Shown in pieces: positions 9,243-19,112 of a DNA stretch of 64,000 nucleotides. The translations under genes and the position numbers were made by a program. Source of the DNA: Candidatus Micrarchaeota archaeon (GTDB taxonomy: Archaea; Micrarchaeota; Micrarchaeia; Micrarchaeales; CABMGC01); assembly GCA_021817325.1 (NCBI GenBank), contig JAKAVK010000013.1, positions 7,651 through 71,650 on the forward strand, written 5' to 3'. Numbering within the stretch: position 1 is the stretch's first letter; every line of letters begins with the position of its first letter. The notes under the pieces were generated by a model. It did not search any database, was not told the origin of the DNA, and saw only the letters and a program-made list of their open reading frames with translations.

Positions 9243-9566
9243 TCATTTCCTCCTGAACTCAATCTTAGATTCGGGCTTGTATGTCAGTTTTGCCAGGATG
9301 GCCTTGAGCTGCTCCTCGGTTATCGTCCCGTCCGTCCTCCCCGACCTTGCCATCTGTATTATAAGGTCGACAAGCTGAGAATAGAGCTCCTGGTTTGCCA
9401 GGCGCACGTTCATCAGCCTCTCATAAGCCCCAGAGTCCATGAACTTCCTGATAAGCTCTCTCTTCTGCTGCTCTATTTGCATGGCGCGTATGCGCTTTGC
9501 CACTGCGCGCCTCAACTTCTCGTCATTGCTGCCTTCAGCCTGCTCCTCAGCCGGCAAATCAAGCAC
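9243..9566 (-). CDS. PDCD5-family dsDNA-binding protein (COG2118-like)
   Basis: 107-aa charged helical protein (…QKRELIRKFMDSGAYERLMNVRLANQELYSQLV…). Conserved archaeal position between S19e and L39e. GTG start. Confidence 0.75.
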   Translation of the reverse strand: MLDLPAEEQAEGSNDEKLRRAVAKRIRAMQIEQQKRELIRKFMDSGAYERLMNVRLANQELYSQLVDLIIQMARSGRTDGTITEEQLKAILAKLTYKPESKIEFRRK

Positions 9567-9975
9567 CCTTAACTATCTCATTGGAGACCTTGTCAGCGAA
9601 TGACTTGCCTGCAGGGGTTATTATCCTGCCCTTGCCGCTCTTCTTCACATAACCTGCTGTCTCCAAGGCGTCGAACGCATCCTTAACCAGGCTGCCACCT
9701 GCTCTGTAATGGTGATGCCTGGTAACGGTATGCCTCTTCCTGTTTCCATATCTTGTCCTTAGCGTAGATATCCCTATTGGGCCATTCAGGTATACCTGCC
9801 TGAGTATCGAAGCGCACCTTGCATACCAAAAGTCAGGATCGGAGGGGACACGCTCCCTGCCAGCTCCGCTCTTTACGAAGTCGATGTATGCCGGCTTCTT
9901 GAGCTGTGCTGACTTGAGCTTCTCCGCTGACCTCTTTATGAACTCGCCTGCATCTACCTCGTATACGTTTGCCAT
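9559..9975 (-). CDS. rps19e: Ribosomal protein eS19
   Basis: PDFWYARCASILRQVYLNGPIGISTLRTRYG...GGSLVKDAFDALETAGYV are typical eS19 blocks. Confidence 0.93.
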   Translation of the reverse strand: MANVYEVDAGEFIKRSAEKLKSAQLKKPAYIDFVKSGAGRERVPSDPDFWYARCASILRQVYLNGPIGISTLRTRYGNRKRHTVTRHHHYRAGGSLVKDAFDALETAGYVKKSGKGRIITPAGKSFADKVSNEIVKGA

Positions 9976-10128
9976 TAAACAGCACCTTATTTATACAGTT
10001 AAAGAGCACAAATAGTATAGATACTAGAACTATACGGATTTATATAGGTGCATTAGGTATATATTTATTGCTATGTCTCATTAATCTCACTTATTTCTGG
10101 GCTATTGCCTGCTTATCACGGTGAACCT

Positions 10129-10395
10129 ATGGAACTGAATGTCACTGAAGATGGAAAGAAGGGCCTCATAATAGAATTTGCAGACGTGGACAGGGGCATA
10201 GCCGAGCTCATAAAGGGAAAGCTTAGCAAGTCCAAGGATGTAGACTTCGTTGGTGTTGTCAAGGAGCATTTCGAGGTCAGCAAGCCAAAGCTGATTGTGA
10301 AGTCAAGCAAGAATGCGAGAAACCTGGTCCTGAAGGCGGCGCAGGAGCTGGAAGACGAACTAAAGGAGCTCGCCTCGCAGCTGCCAAAGAAGTAA
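10129..10395 (+). CDS. rpoL: DNA-directed RNA polymerase subunit L (Rpo11)
   Basis: MELNVTEDGKKGLIIEFADVDRGIAELIKGKLSKSKDVDFVGVVKEHFEVSKPKLIVKS matches the RpoL/Rpb11 pattern. ATG at 10129 (the track start at 10105 is TTG). Confidence 0.8.
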   Translation: MELNVTEDGKKGLIIEFADVDRGIAELIKGKLSKSKDVDFVGVVKEHFEVSKPKLIVKSSKNARNLVLKAAQELEDELKELASQLPKK

Positions 10396-10399
10396 TTCA

Positions 10400-10954
10400 A
10401 TGCCAGCACTCAAGCGCGGCATAAGGATACTTGCAATAGACGATTCCTTCAAGAGAGGGGACAGCGAGGCGCTGGTAATCGGCATAATCGGCAGGCAGGG
10501 CCTTATCGAAGGCGCGATATCGTCAAGTACCAAGATCGACGGAACAGATGCGACCATGAGAATAGAGGAGATGGTAAGGAGATCTAAGTACTCGTCGCAG
10601 ATCGCACTGATCGTGACAAACGGCATAACTGTCGGGGGCTTGAACATAGTAGATGTATGCAGATTAAACGAGTCACTGAACCTGCCTATAGTCGCGATAA
10701 CAAGGAAGAGGCCAAGAGTTACCGCGCTGCTGGCAGCCATGCGCAGGCTTGACGATTACAGGCACCGCGCTGCGCTGGTTAGGAAGATCAGGGACAGGAT
10801 AAGCATCGCAAGGCTACAGGGTTTCTACATCCAGAGCATAGGGATAAGCCCCAAGGCTGCGGAGAAGTTCATGCCCGATGCGGTAAACCTGCTTAGGGCT
10901 ACGCACATCATAGCAAGCGGAGTTGCACACGGAGAGTCAAAAGGGAGGATATGA
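10400..10954 (+). CDS. UPF0215/DUF99 family protein (endonuclease V-like fold)
   Basis: RILAIDDSFKRGD...LIVTNGITVGGLNIVD...LPIVAITRKRP matches the DUF99 pattern as I remember it. Confidence 0.7.
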   Translation: MPALKRGIRILAIDDSFKRGDSEALVIGIIGRQGLIEGAISSSTKIDGTDATMRIEEMVRRSKYSSQIALIVTNGITVGGLNIVDVCRLNESLNLPIVAITRKRPRVTALLAAMRRLDDYRHRAALVRKIRDRISIARLQGFYIQSIGISPKAAEKFMPDAVNLLRATHIIASGVAHGESKGRI

Positions 10955-11115
10955 TACACGCAGCCATATGTCCAATAAAATGCCGATGGAGGCACGCACT
11001 GCGGCTTTGAATAACCATCGCGATCATTAAGTAAAGAGGGCCAGCTTGCATCTGCAAATGCAAAAAGGAAAAGATTAAATCCAAAGCCATATCATATAGA
11101 TACGCAGTGAGTTGA

Positions 11116-12003
11116 ATGAAACTTCTAAATGCGATGCCGCCTTACAACCTGTTTGGCATAGAGGATCAGAATTACGCAAACGCCAAGGTCGTTGTGCTCC
11201 CCGTCCCGTACGACTCGACCACAACCTACAAGTCAGGCGCAAGGGATGGTCCGCATGCGATAATAGATGCCAGCAGGAACCTCGAATTCTTCAGTGAGGA
11301 GCTTGAGGATGACATGACAAGGCTAGGTATCTTTACGCTCGATGAGCTCTCCCCGAACCTGGATTCCCCAGAGAAGACGATAAATTCGATAGAGCTGGAG
11401 ACCAGCGCCATCGTAGACGACGGAAAGCTCCCTCTGTTGATAGGTGGTGAACATTCGATTGCGATAGGCTCGATACGTGCAATAAGCAAGAAGTATGGGA
11501 GGGACAATTTTAGCGTGCTGCATTTTGATGCCCACAGCGATTCCAGGGACGAGTACATGGGCAGCAGATACTGCCATGCCTGCATCATGGCGCGTGCGCG
11601 CGAGGTGTGCAACAGCTGCTTTAGCATCGGAGTCAGGAGCACAGAAGAGGACGGCTACAGGAAGCACAGAGACAGCACCATATACCGCAAGGATATGCAC
11701 ACAAAGAGCATAGAGCAGGTAGTCGAGCAGCTCGCAGAGCGAACGAAGGAGAACGTCTACATAACCATAGATGTTGACGTCCTGGATCCGAGCATAATGC
11801 CGAGCACCGGAACCCCAGAACCTGACGGACTCTCATTTTACGAGATCACATCCATACTGAGGGATCTCCTCGCAAAGAAGAAGCTTGTAGGAATCGACTT
11901 CAACGAGTTCTCCCCGATAGGCGGCATGGTTGCGCCAAGCTTTACAGTTGCGAAGTTGATATACCTGACGCTTGGCTATGCCTTCGCGCAGAAGAAAGTA
12001 TAG
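11116..12003 (+). CDS. speB: Agmatinase (arginase/ureohydrolase family)
   Basis: Mn-ligand motifs GGEHSI, HFDAHSD, ITIDVDVLDPS. Confidence 0.88.
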   Translation: MKLLNAMPPYNLFGIEDQNYANAKVVVLPVPYDSTTTYKSGARDGPHAIIDASRNLEFFSEELEDDMTRLGIFTLDELSPNLDSPEKTINSIELETSAIVDDGKLPLLIGGEHSIAIGSIRAISKKYGRDNFSVLHFDAHSDSRDEYMGSRYCHACIMARAREVCNSCFSIGVRSTEEDGYRKHRDSTIYRKDMHTKSIEQVVEQLAERTKENVYITIDVDVLDPSIMPSTGTPEPDGLSFYEITSILRDLLAKKKLVGIDFNEFSPIGGMVAPSFTVAKLIYLTLGYAFAQKKV

Positions 12004-12004
12004 C

Positions 12005-12766
12005 CTACTCAACGATCCTGTTCTTGATGATCCTGTCCAGCTTGCTGGCCACACCCTCCTTTCTGGATGGAAATCTTACCACCTTCAGCTCTCTCTCGGA
12101 GAGCTTTACCGAGAAGCTCGATCCGGGGCCGAGCACGCTTATTTCCTCGCCATCGTACTCTAGGGTACCGCTGTACTTCACTATGTCAACCTCTATTCTG
12201 CTCTTCGCGTCAACCACTATCGGGTTACTGTAAGGCCCGTCAACATTTAGGAATGTCATGCAGATTACGTTCGGGGAGAGCATTATCGGCCCTCCAGCGG
12301 ATTTGTTGTAGGCGGTGGAGCCCATCACACCTGCAACTATCAGGCCGTCGCCGCCCATCACATACGGATATATCTGCATCTTCCTTCCGCTGCGCAGTTC
12401 GTATATCTTGAAGTTGATCTCCTGTACCATGTTTCTCAGCACTGCCTCGTTGACTGCGTAATACCTCCTTCCCTTATGGGAGATCTCTATCTTGCGTTCA
12501 AGAGTTTCAACTACATACCTTCTTTTCTTAAGGCTCTCAACAGCAAAGGCTACGTCGTCAAGGCAGAGGTCGGCATAGTACCCGGCGCTTCCAGGAAGCC
12601 CGCTCCTTATCGGAAGGATCGGCCCATCGAACTCTTTTGCAGCCTTGACGAGCGTCCCGTCACCTCCGACTGCTATGCAGATGCCAGCCCTGTCACTTAT
12701 CTCGAAAGCATCGCGTATGAGCTTTAGCCCGGGATAATCCCTATTCGCCACGAGCTTTACCCTCAT
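12005..12766 (-). CDS. nadK: NAD kinase
   Basis: GGDGTLV and GGDGLIVAGVMGSTAYNKSAGGP motifs. Confidence 0.9.
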   Translation of the reverse strand: MRVKLVANRDYPGLKLIRDAFEISDRAGICIAVGGDGTLVKAAKEFDGPILPIRSGLPGSAGYYADLCLDDVAFAVESLKKRRYVVETLERKIEISHKGRRYYAVNEAVLRNMVQEINFKIYELRSGRKMQIYPYVMGGDGLIVAGVMGSTAYNKSAGGPIMLSPNVICMTFLNVDGPYSNPIVVDAKSRIEVDIVKYSGTLEYDGEEISVLGPGSSFSVKLSERELKVVRFPSRKEGVASKLDRIIKNRIVE

Positions 12767-12769
12767 CGG

Positions 12770-14149
12770 TTACCTCCTCTTCCCATAATAGAAATGGATC
12801 GGCCTGCCGAGTGCCGCTTCCGCGGCCTCCTGCACCGCCTCTGAATACGTTGGGTGCGGGTGTATTGTGTCTGCAATGTCTTCCACAGTTGCACCCATCT
12901 CTATTGCCAGGGCTGCCTCAGCGATCATTGAGTTTGCATCAGGCGAGACGATCTCAACGCCTCTCACCAGCTTATTCGAGTCATAGGCAACCTTAACGAA
13001 TCCGTTCTGTGTATCAAGCGCTATCGCACGACCCAGCGCGGTGAGCGGGAATTTCGCAACGCTTATGCCTTCCCCAGAGAGCGTGCCTGCGACCGCCACT
13101 TCAGGATCGGAGAAGATCACCGCCGGAACTACCTGGTTGTCGTAGGCAGAATGCTGTCCTGCGGCAACCTCTGCTGCAACTATCCCCTGTCTAATCGCCT
13201 TGTGTGCAAGCAGCGGCTCTCCTATTACATCGCCTACTGCGAGTATGTTGCCGTCAGCCGTCCTGAGCGCGGAATCCACTTTTACGAATCCCTTGCCGTC
13301 GAGCTCCACCCTGGTGTTCTCGAGCCCAAGGCCTTCAGTATAAGGAGAGAGCCCTATCGCCACAACAATTACCTCTGCGTTGACAGTCTCACCGCTGTCC
13401 AGAAGGAGTGTTGCGCCAGAGTGCGATACCGGCATAGTGCCTGCATGCACCCTGACCCCGAGTTCCTGCATCCTCTTCTTTACCAGTGCAATAGCATCCT
13501 GGTCGAAATGCGAGAGCACATCGGATCTGGCTATTATGTGTACTTCAACACCAAGTTTAGCATATAGCGTGCCTATCTCAACGGACACATACCCTGCGCC
13601 AACTATCGCCATGCTCTTTGGTATCCTATCAAGCATCAACGCCTGCTTGTAATCAATTACCGCATCCCCGAATTCGAAGCCCCTGAGCGCGGCAGGAACT
13701 GAGCCTGTGGCTATTATGGCCTTCTCGAAGTCAAGCGAGGTCCCATTGGTTAGTTGAAGTGTATTGGACGAGATGAATGTCGCTGTGCCCTTTACCGTCT
13801 CAACGCCGTTTGACTTGAGCAGGAAGGCAACGCCGTCCTCAAGCTTCTTAGAGACCGACATGCGCCATTGATGCATCAGGACCGCATCAACCGTCGCATT
13901 ATCAATGTGTATACCCATCTTCTCCGAGTGCTGTGCCTCATAGAACAGGTTCGCTATGTGTATGAGCGTCTTTGATGGTATGCATGCGTAGTTGAGGCAG
14001 TGGCCTCCCAGCTTCTCCTTCTCCACGAGTGTGACGTTGAGACCGAGCTGGGCTGCGCGTATCGCGGCAACGTAGCCTCCGACTCCCCCACCTACCACTG
14101 CAAGGTCCACCTTTTCAGGCAGTGAGCCCATAACCATAAGATCAGCCAA
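12770..14149 (-). CDS. lpdA: Dihydrolipoamide dehydrogenase (E3)
   Basis: GGGVGGYVAAIRAAQLG, redox disulfide GGHCLNYACIPSK, C-terminal HPHPTYSE. Confidence 0.93.
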   Translation of the reverse strand: MADLMVMGSLPEKVDLAVVGGGVGGYVAAIRAAQLGLNVTLVEKEKLGGHCLNYACIPSKTLIHIANLFYEAQHSEKMGIHIDNATVDAVLMHQWRMSVSKKLEDGVAFLLKSNGVETVKGTATFISSNTLQLTNGTSLDFEKAIIATGSVPAALRGFEFGDAVIDYKQALMLDRIPKSMAIVGAGYVSVEIGTLYAKLGVEVHIIARSDVLSHFDQDAIALVKKRMQELGVRVHAGTMPVSHSGATLLLDSGETVNAEVIVVAIGLSPYTEGLGLENTRVELDGKGFVKVDSALRTADGNILAVGDVIGEPLLAHKAIRQGIVAAEVAAGQHSAYDNQVVPAVIFSDPEVAVAGTLSGEGISVAKFPLTALGRAIALDTQNGFVKVAYDSNKLVRGVEIVSPDANSMIAEAALAIEMGATVEDIADTIHPHPTYSEAVQEAAEAALGRPIHFYYGKRR

Positions 14150-15386
14150 GCATCTCGAGGAATTCCGGATCCTCGAGGTATTCTATGAGCGCATTTCCCA
14201 GCAGCACCGCTTCTGCACCATCCACAACCCTGTGGTCGAACACGATCGAGAATGGAAGCACCTTTCCTACCTGAACCTGTCCGTCGACAACAACCGGCAT
14301 ATCCCTTATCAGGTGTACTCCGAGTATGCCGACCTCTGGATAGTTTATCATAGGCACTGACAGAAAGCCCCCTCCAAGGCTGCCTATGTTGGTTATCGTG
14401 AAGGTACTGTCCTTCATCTCATCAAGCGTTATTGTCTGGTTCCTCACCTTGTCTCCAAGAACACGTATCTCCTTGGCGATTGTCAGTATATTCTTCTTGT
14501 CAGCGTCCTTTATTACGATGACCTTCAATCCATCTGGCCCTTCAGCACCAAGTCCTATATTATAGTACTTCTTCACTATTATCTCCTGCCTGTCCTTGTC
14601 GTAGCTGGCATTGAAGCGCGGATTCTCCTTGAGTGCCTCTACAAGCGCTTTTATGATGAATGGCAGGAAGGTCAGCTTGATTCCAAATTTCTCTGCTTTT
14701 GGCTTTTCCCTCTTGAGCAGGTTATAAAGATGGGTTGCATTTATCAGATCCATATGCGTCGCGCGCGGTATTGTCCAGGACAATTCCATGTTTCTGGCAA
14801 TGGCCTTCCTTGTCTGGGTCAACTGCAGCCTCTCTATCTCTGCGGTGTGCTGCTCCTCAAGCACCTCTGAGAATTTCGGCACCGGTTTTTGCGCCTGGCC
14901 CTGCCCTGCAAACCTTCTCAGGTCATTCTCGAGTATCCTGCCTGCGGGTCCGGTTCCGGTGACCTTGCCTATGTCTATTCCCATCTCACGGGCCATGCGC
15001 CTCACTGATGGGGTCGCTATAGTTTCCTTCCTCTGCTCCGCATCTGTGCTCTCTACTGTTGTAGCGGAACTCTGCACGTGCTGTTCGGGCGCGGCTACCG
15101 GAGCGGCCTCCACGTGCAGCTGCGTGCTGCCGGCCTTGACATTGTCAAGTTCAGAAGGCTCTCCAACATAAGCTATCACGTCGCCTACCTTGAGTACGCT
15201 GTCTTCCTTGGCGACTATCTTCACCTTTCCGGAAACCGGCGCGGGAAGATTGACTACCGCCTTGTCTGTCTCTATCTGCACCAGGGATTGGTCCTCCTTC
15301 ACCATATCCCCATCTGCCACAAGCCACTTCTGCACATGGCCTTCGGTTATGCCTTCGCCAACATCAACAAATTTCAGTACCTTCAT
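14142..15386 (-). CDS. 2-oxoacid dehydrogenase complex E2 dihydrolipoamide acyltransferase
   Basis: Lipoyl domain IETDKAVVNLPAP, catalytic DHRVVDGAEA. Start trimmed to MKVLKF (ATG 15386), 2 nt after the E1-beta stop. Confidence 0.9.
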   Translation of the reverse strand: MKVLKFVDVGEGITEGHVQKWLVADGDMVKEDQSLVQIETDKAVVNLPAPVSGKVKIVAKEDSVLKVGDVIAYVGEPSELDNVKAGSTQLHVEAAPVAAPEQHVQSSATTVESTDAEQRKETIATPSVRRMAREMGIDIGKVTGTGPAGRILENDLRRFAGQGQAQKPVPKFSEVLEEQHTAEIERLQLTQTRKAIARNMELSWTIPRATHMDLINATHLYNLLKREKPKAEKFGIKLTFLPFIIKALVEALKENPRFNASYDKDRQEIIVKKYYNIGLGAEGPDGLKVIVIKDADKKNILTIAKEIRVLGDKVRNQTITLDEMKDSTFTITNIGSLGGGFLSVPMINYPEVGILGVHLIRDMPVVVDGQVQVGKVLPFSIVFDHRVVDGAEAVLLGNALIEYLEDPEFLEMLG

Positions 15387-15388
15387 AA

Positions 15389-16363
15389 TCACGCCTTGAG
15401 CACTTTGTCTATCGCCTGTGATATCTTGAGCGCATTTGGTATGTAATTGTTCTCGTATCCAGGGAATGGGTAAGGGAAGCTGCATGAGCCAACCCTAACC
15501 ACCGGAGCATCAAGTTCAAATATCGCCTTCTCCGCTATTCTTGCCGCTACCTCGGCACCAGCGCCGAAGCTCAGCTGCGCCTCATGCACTATTACCACAC
15601 GCCCCGTCTTCTTTGCACTGGCAAGTATTGCGCTCTCATCCAGTGGGTTTATGGTCCTCAGGTCGAGTATGTCGGCATTGAGCTTCCTCTTCTCTACGAC
15701 CTCCTTCACCACAGGTACCATGGTCCCGTATGTGATGACGCTTAGTTCAGTGCCTTCCTTCACAAGGTTTGCCTTGCCGATCGGCACCTCGTACGTGTCT
15801 TCCGGTATATCCTGCTTGAAGAGCCTGTAAAGCTTTGTCGGTTCAAGAAATACAACCGGATCGTTCATGCGCAGAGCTTTTATCATTAGACCCTTGGCAT
15901 CGTATGGCGTAGACGGCTCCACGACAATAAGCCCGCCGGTGTGCGAATAGTATGCCTCCGGGCTGTCTGAGTGGTGTTCGAGGGTCCTCACACCGCCGCT
16001 GACCGGCGTCCTTACAACCATCGGAACAGTATATTCAGACCTTGTCCTGCTCCTATACCTTGCCGCGTGGTTTACCAATTGGTCGAAAGCAAGATACATG
16101 AACCCTGCGAACTGCACTTCGGGCACCGGGTGCAATCCCTGCGTTGCCATGCCCACTGCGGCGCCTACTATGCCTGCCTCTGCAAGAGGCGTGTCTATCA
16201 CTCTGCCCTCTCCATACTTTGCCAGCAGTCCGTCAGTCACCCTGAAGACTCCGCCGTCCTTGGCGATGTCCTCTCCCAGGAGAACGACCTTCTCGTTCTC
16301 CTGCATTCCCAGATCAAGCGCGTTGTTGATCGCGGTTACCATATTCGCCTGCATGATAGTCAC
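15389..16363 (-). CDS. 2-oxoacid dehydrogenase E1 component beta subunit
   Basis: 324 aa transketolase-like pyrimidine-binding and C-terminal domains (…DTPLAEAGIVGAAVGMA…). Operon context. Confidence 0.9.
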   Translation of the reverse strand: MTIMQANMVTAINNALDLGMQENEKVVLLGEDIAKDGGVFRVTDGLLAKYGEGRVIDTPLAEAGIVGAAVGMATQGLHPVPEVQFAGFMYLAFDQLVNHAARYRSRTRSEYTVPMVVRTPVSGGVRTLEHHSDSPEAYYSHTGGLIVVEPSTPYDAKGLMIKALRMNDPVVFLEPTKLYRLFKQDIPEDTYEVPIGKANLVKEGTELSVITYGTMVPVVKEVVEKRKLNADILDLRTINPLDESAILASAKKTGRVVIVHEAQLSFGAGAEVAARIAEKAIFELDAPVVRVGSCSFPYPFPGYENNYIPNALKISQAIDKVLKA

Positions 16364-17481
16364 CCTAACTGTTCGCCCTGCCAGTAATTTGCCGCCACAG
16401 CTGCGTCCATCTCTTCCTGCAGGGTCTGCGGCATAAAGCTATAGATATGCTTGAACATTTCCTTAGGGTCCGGCTTGAACTTCTCTGCGTTGGCCACTGC
16501 GGCGTTAATCGCCCGTGCCTGCTCGACTACGGTCTCACTCTCCGCCTTATCGTTCCATACACCTTTGTGCGTAAGGTAGTTCTTTACCCTGAGCAGAGGA
16601 TCCCTTTTCTGCCAGTAGTCGACCTCTGCCTGATCCCTGTATTTCGTTGGGTCGTCGGCTGTGGTATGTATACCCATTCTGTAGGTCACGCATTCTATCA
16701 CACTAGGTCCATCTCCAGAGCTTGCAAGGGCGTCTCTGGTTGCCTTGTATACGGCCAGCACGTCATTGCCATCGACCTGTATGCACGGCACCCCTGCCGC
16801 AATAGCCTTCTGCGCCAGCGTCTTCGATGCGGTCTGGTTTTGCCTGGGAACAGAGATGGCCCACTGGTTATTCTCTATTATCGTGACAAGCGGTGCCTTC
16901 CACACGCCTGCGAAATTTAGCGCTTCATAGAAGTTGCCTTCCGAAGTGCCGCCATCGCCAACGTAAGCTACGACTGCGGCATCTGTCTTGAGATACTTCT
17001 GCGCGAATGCTATTCCGGCAGCATGCGGCATCTGCGTTGCTACTGGGACTATGACCGGCATGCCCCTGACATTCTTTGGCACCATGCAACCTTCTTCGTA
17101 GCCCCTCCAATAAGTGAGAAGGAGCTCCAGCGGAGTTCCCCTCGCTATGTATACACCATGCTGCCTGAATGCCGGCACAAAGACGTCCTTCTCGCCCATT
17201 GCCAGCGCGCTGCCTATCTGGGTTGCTTCCTCTCCCAAGAGCGGCGCATAGGTAACCGCCCTGCCCTGCCTCTGAAGGCTCAGCACCTTCGCATCGAATG
17301 CGCGGGCAAGCATCATCTGCTTATACATCTCTACGAGCTTCTTGTCATCAACCTCCTTTGGGAGCAGCGCCTCGTCCATCCTTGAATTCTCATCAAGTAT
17401 CTGCAGGTAGTCGACGTTACCATCGAATATACTAGTCTTCAATCGAACACCCACACCAAGTAACATAAGGCAATTGCACAC
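16360..17481 (-). CDS. 2-oxoacid dehydrogenase E1 component alpha subunit (TPP-binding)
   Basis: TPP motif GDGGTSEGNFYEALNFAGVWKAPLVTIIENN. The exact start is uncertain (alternative Met 5 codons in). Confidence 0.88.
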   Translation of the reverse strand: MCNCLMLLGVGVRLKTSIFDGNVDYLQILDENSRMDEALLPKEVDDKKLVEMYKQMMLARAFDAKVLSLQRQGRAVTYAPLLGEEATQIGSALAMGEKDVFVPAFRQHGVYIARGTPLELLLTYWRGYEEGCMVPKNVRGMPVIVPVATQMPHAAGIAFAQKYLKTDAAVVAYVGDGGTSEGNFYEALNFAGVWKAPLVTIIENNQWAISVPRQNQTASKTLAQKAIAAGVPCIQVDGNDVLAVYKATRDALASSGDGPSVIECVTYRMGIHTTADDPTKYRDQAEVDYWQKRDPLLRVKNYLTHKGVWNDKAESETVVEQARAINAAVANAEKFKPDPKEMFKHIYSFMPQTLQEEMDAAVAANYWQGEQLG

Positions 17482-17525
17482 AAAAGGTTAAATAATGGAT
17501 TGGAAAAAGCAAGAAAGAAATCGTT

Positions 17526-18224
17526 CTACCTGCCCAGCTGCACGCCATGGCTCACAACCAGCTTCAACGCAGCCTCTTTCGTGCGCTGCGCATCGCGTGA
17601 TGCTAGGCCCATTGCCGCAAGTAAATGCGGTGCCGAGCTGCTGCTTATAACCAATCCCTCAACATTTGCACCCTGGAGCTGCACACCTTCCAGCTTTGCG
17701 CGTGTCATCTGTGCACCTTTCAAGTCAGCGCCCCTAAGATAGGCCCTGCGAATGTCTGACCTGTGCAATCTGCATCCGCGCAGGAACCCTCCCCAGACAT
17801 ATGCGTCTACCAGAACTGCCCCTGTAAGATCGGCATAGCCCAGATAGCAGCCGCTCATATTCGCTCCGCGCAGGTCTGCGCCGCTGCCCTTCGCATAGCC
17901 CAGGCTGGCCCCCCCGAGATTCGCGCATTCAAAATCCGCACCGGAAATATTCACATAACCCATATTTGCCCCGCCAAAACTGGCTCCCCTGGCGTTCGAG
18001 CCTGCCATGTTTGCTTCAACAAGGCTGGCCCCTCCAAGGTTAGAGCTGTGCATGTCAACCAAACGGAGGTCAGCATGCCTCATATCTGCGCCACCCAGAT
18101 TCGCGTTGCTAAGATCGTATCCTATGGCAGCAAGATCCCTCCTAAAACGCCTGCCATCCGATTCAAAATCGTACGAATGGCTGATTATAGAGTCGACCAC
18201 ATGCGCCTTTGTTATTGCACCCAC
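17526..18224 (-). CDS. Pentapeptide-repeat protein
   Basis: About 35 consecutive A(D/N)LxG-type pentads (ANLGGADMRHADLRLVDMHSSNLGGASLVEANMAG...). Confidence 0.9.
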   Translation of the reverse strand: MGAITKAHVVDSIISHSYDFESDGRRFRRDLAAIGYDLSNANLGGADMRHADLRLVDMHSSNLGGASLVEANMAGSNARGASFGGANMGYVNISGADFECANLGGASLGYAKGSGADLRGANMSGCYLGYADLTGAVLVDAYVWGGFLRGCRLHRSDIRRAYLRGADLKGAQMTRAKLEGVQLQGANVEGLVISSSSAPHLLAAMGLASRDAQRTKEAALKLVVSHGVQLGR

Positions 18225-18310
18225 CGTCCTCCCCGTCTCTAATTATTACCGGTGCAAAAGTATTTGAATGCAGGGGGTAAAAAGCCAGAAATATAATTAT
18301 CTTAATAAAC

Positions 18311-19099
18311 ATGATGTGTGCATGTATAATGAAGAGAATTTCTAGTCTTAGGTGTGATCATTTGGATGCGCTTATATTATGTGGAGGATTTGCAACCAGG
18401 CTTGAGCCACTGACGCTCTTCGTACCAAAACCGCTACTGCCTATAAAGGGTAGGCCAATACTCGACTATATAGTGGAGAAGACAATACCACTAGGAGTCA
18501 ACAGGATTGTGATATCAACGAACCTCAAGTTTGCGGACCAGTTCGAGTACTGGCGTCATCACACCCTATCCGATGGAATAAACAAGCAGATAGACATGGT
18601 TGTCGAGCCTTCGATGCACAACGGCGAGAAGTTCGGGGCGGTAAAAGGCATAAACTATGCTTTAGAAGCGGTAAAGTTCAACGAGGACCTGCTGATAATT
18701 GCCGGCGACAATTACTACGACTTCGATCTGCGTGCCCTTTTTGCCCAGTTCAGCAGAAACAGGAAGCCGATCATAGCGGCATTTGACATAGGTTCGCTGG
18801 AAGAAGCAAAGAGGTTTGGCGTCATAATTATGGAGGATGGCAAGGTTAAGGAGTTCCAGGAGAAGCCTGAGAACCCAAAATCAACCCTTGTAAGCACGGG
18901 CATATACATCTATCCAAAGGAGATGCTGCCAAAGTTCCACGAATACGTTGCCAATGACAACAACCCCGACGCGCCTGGCTATTTCCTGAGCTGGTTGATG
19001 AAGAGTACCGAGATTGAGTGCGTGGTGTACAAGGGCAACTGGTACGATGTCGGCAACATAGACACCTACAAGAAAGTATACGACCATATGGAAGACTAG
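18311..19099 (+). CDS. Sugar-phosphate nucleotidyltransferase (NDP-sugar pyrophosphorylase family)
   Basis: LILCGGFATRLEPLT...PKPLLPI (GxGxRLxPLT motif). Alternative ATG at 18329. Confidence 0.8.
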   Translation: MMCACIMKRISSLRCDHLDALILCGGFATRLEPLTLFVPKPLLPIKGRPILDYIVEKTIPLGVNRIVISTNLKFADQFEYWRHHTLSDGINKQIDMVVEPSMHNGEKFGAVKGINYALEAVKFNEDLLIIAGDNYYDFDLRALFAQFSRNRKPIIAAFDIGSLEEAKRFGVIIMEDGKVKEFQEKPENPKSTLVSTGIYIYPKEMLPKFHEYVANDNNPDAPGYFLSWLMKSTEIECVVYKGNWYDVGNIDTYKKVYDHMED

Positions 19100-19112
19100 C
19101 GGTAATCGGACC

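Noticed and set aside
15387-15485. 33-codon N-terminal extension of the E2 ORF
   Set aside because: It overlaps the E1-beta 3' end. The lipoyl domain begins at MKVLKFVDVGEG, immediately after the E1-beta stop.
17763-18242. 159-aa ORF opposite the pentapeptide-repeat gene
   Set aside because: The 15-nt periodicity of the repeat keeps several frames open on both strands. Only the minus-strand frame gives the A(D/N)LxG pattern.
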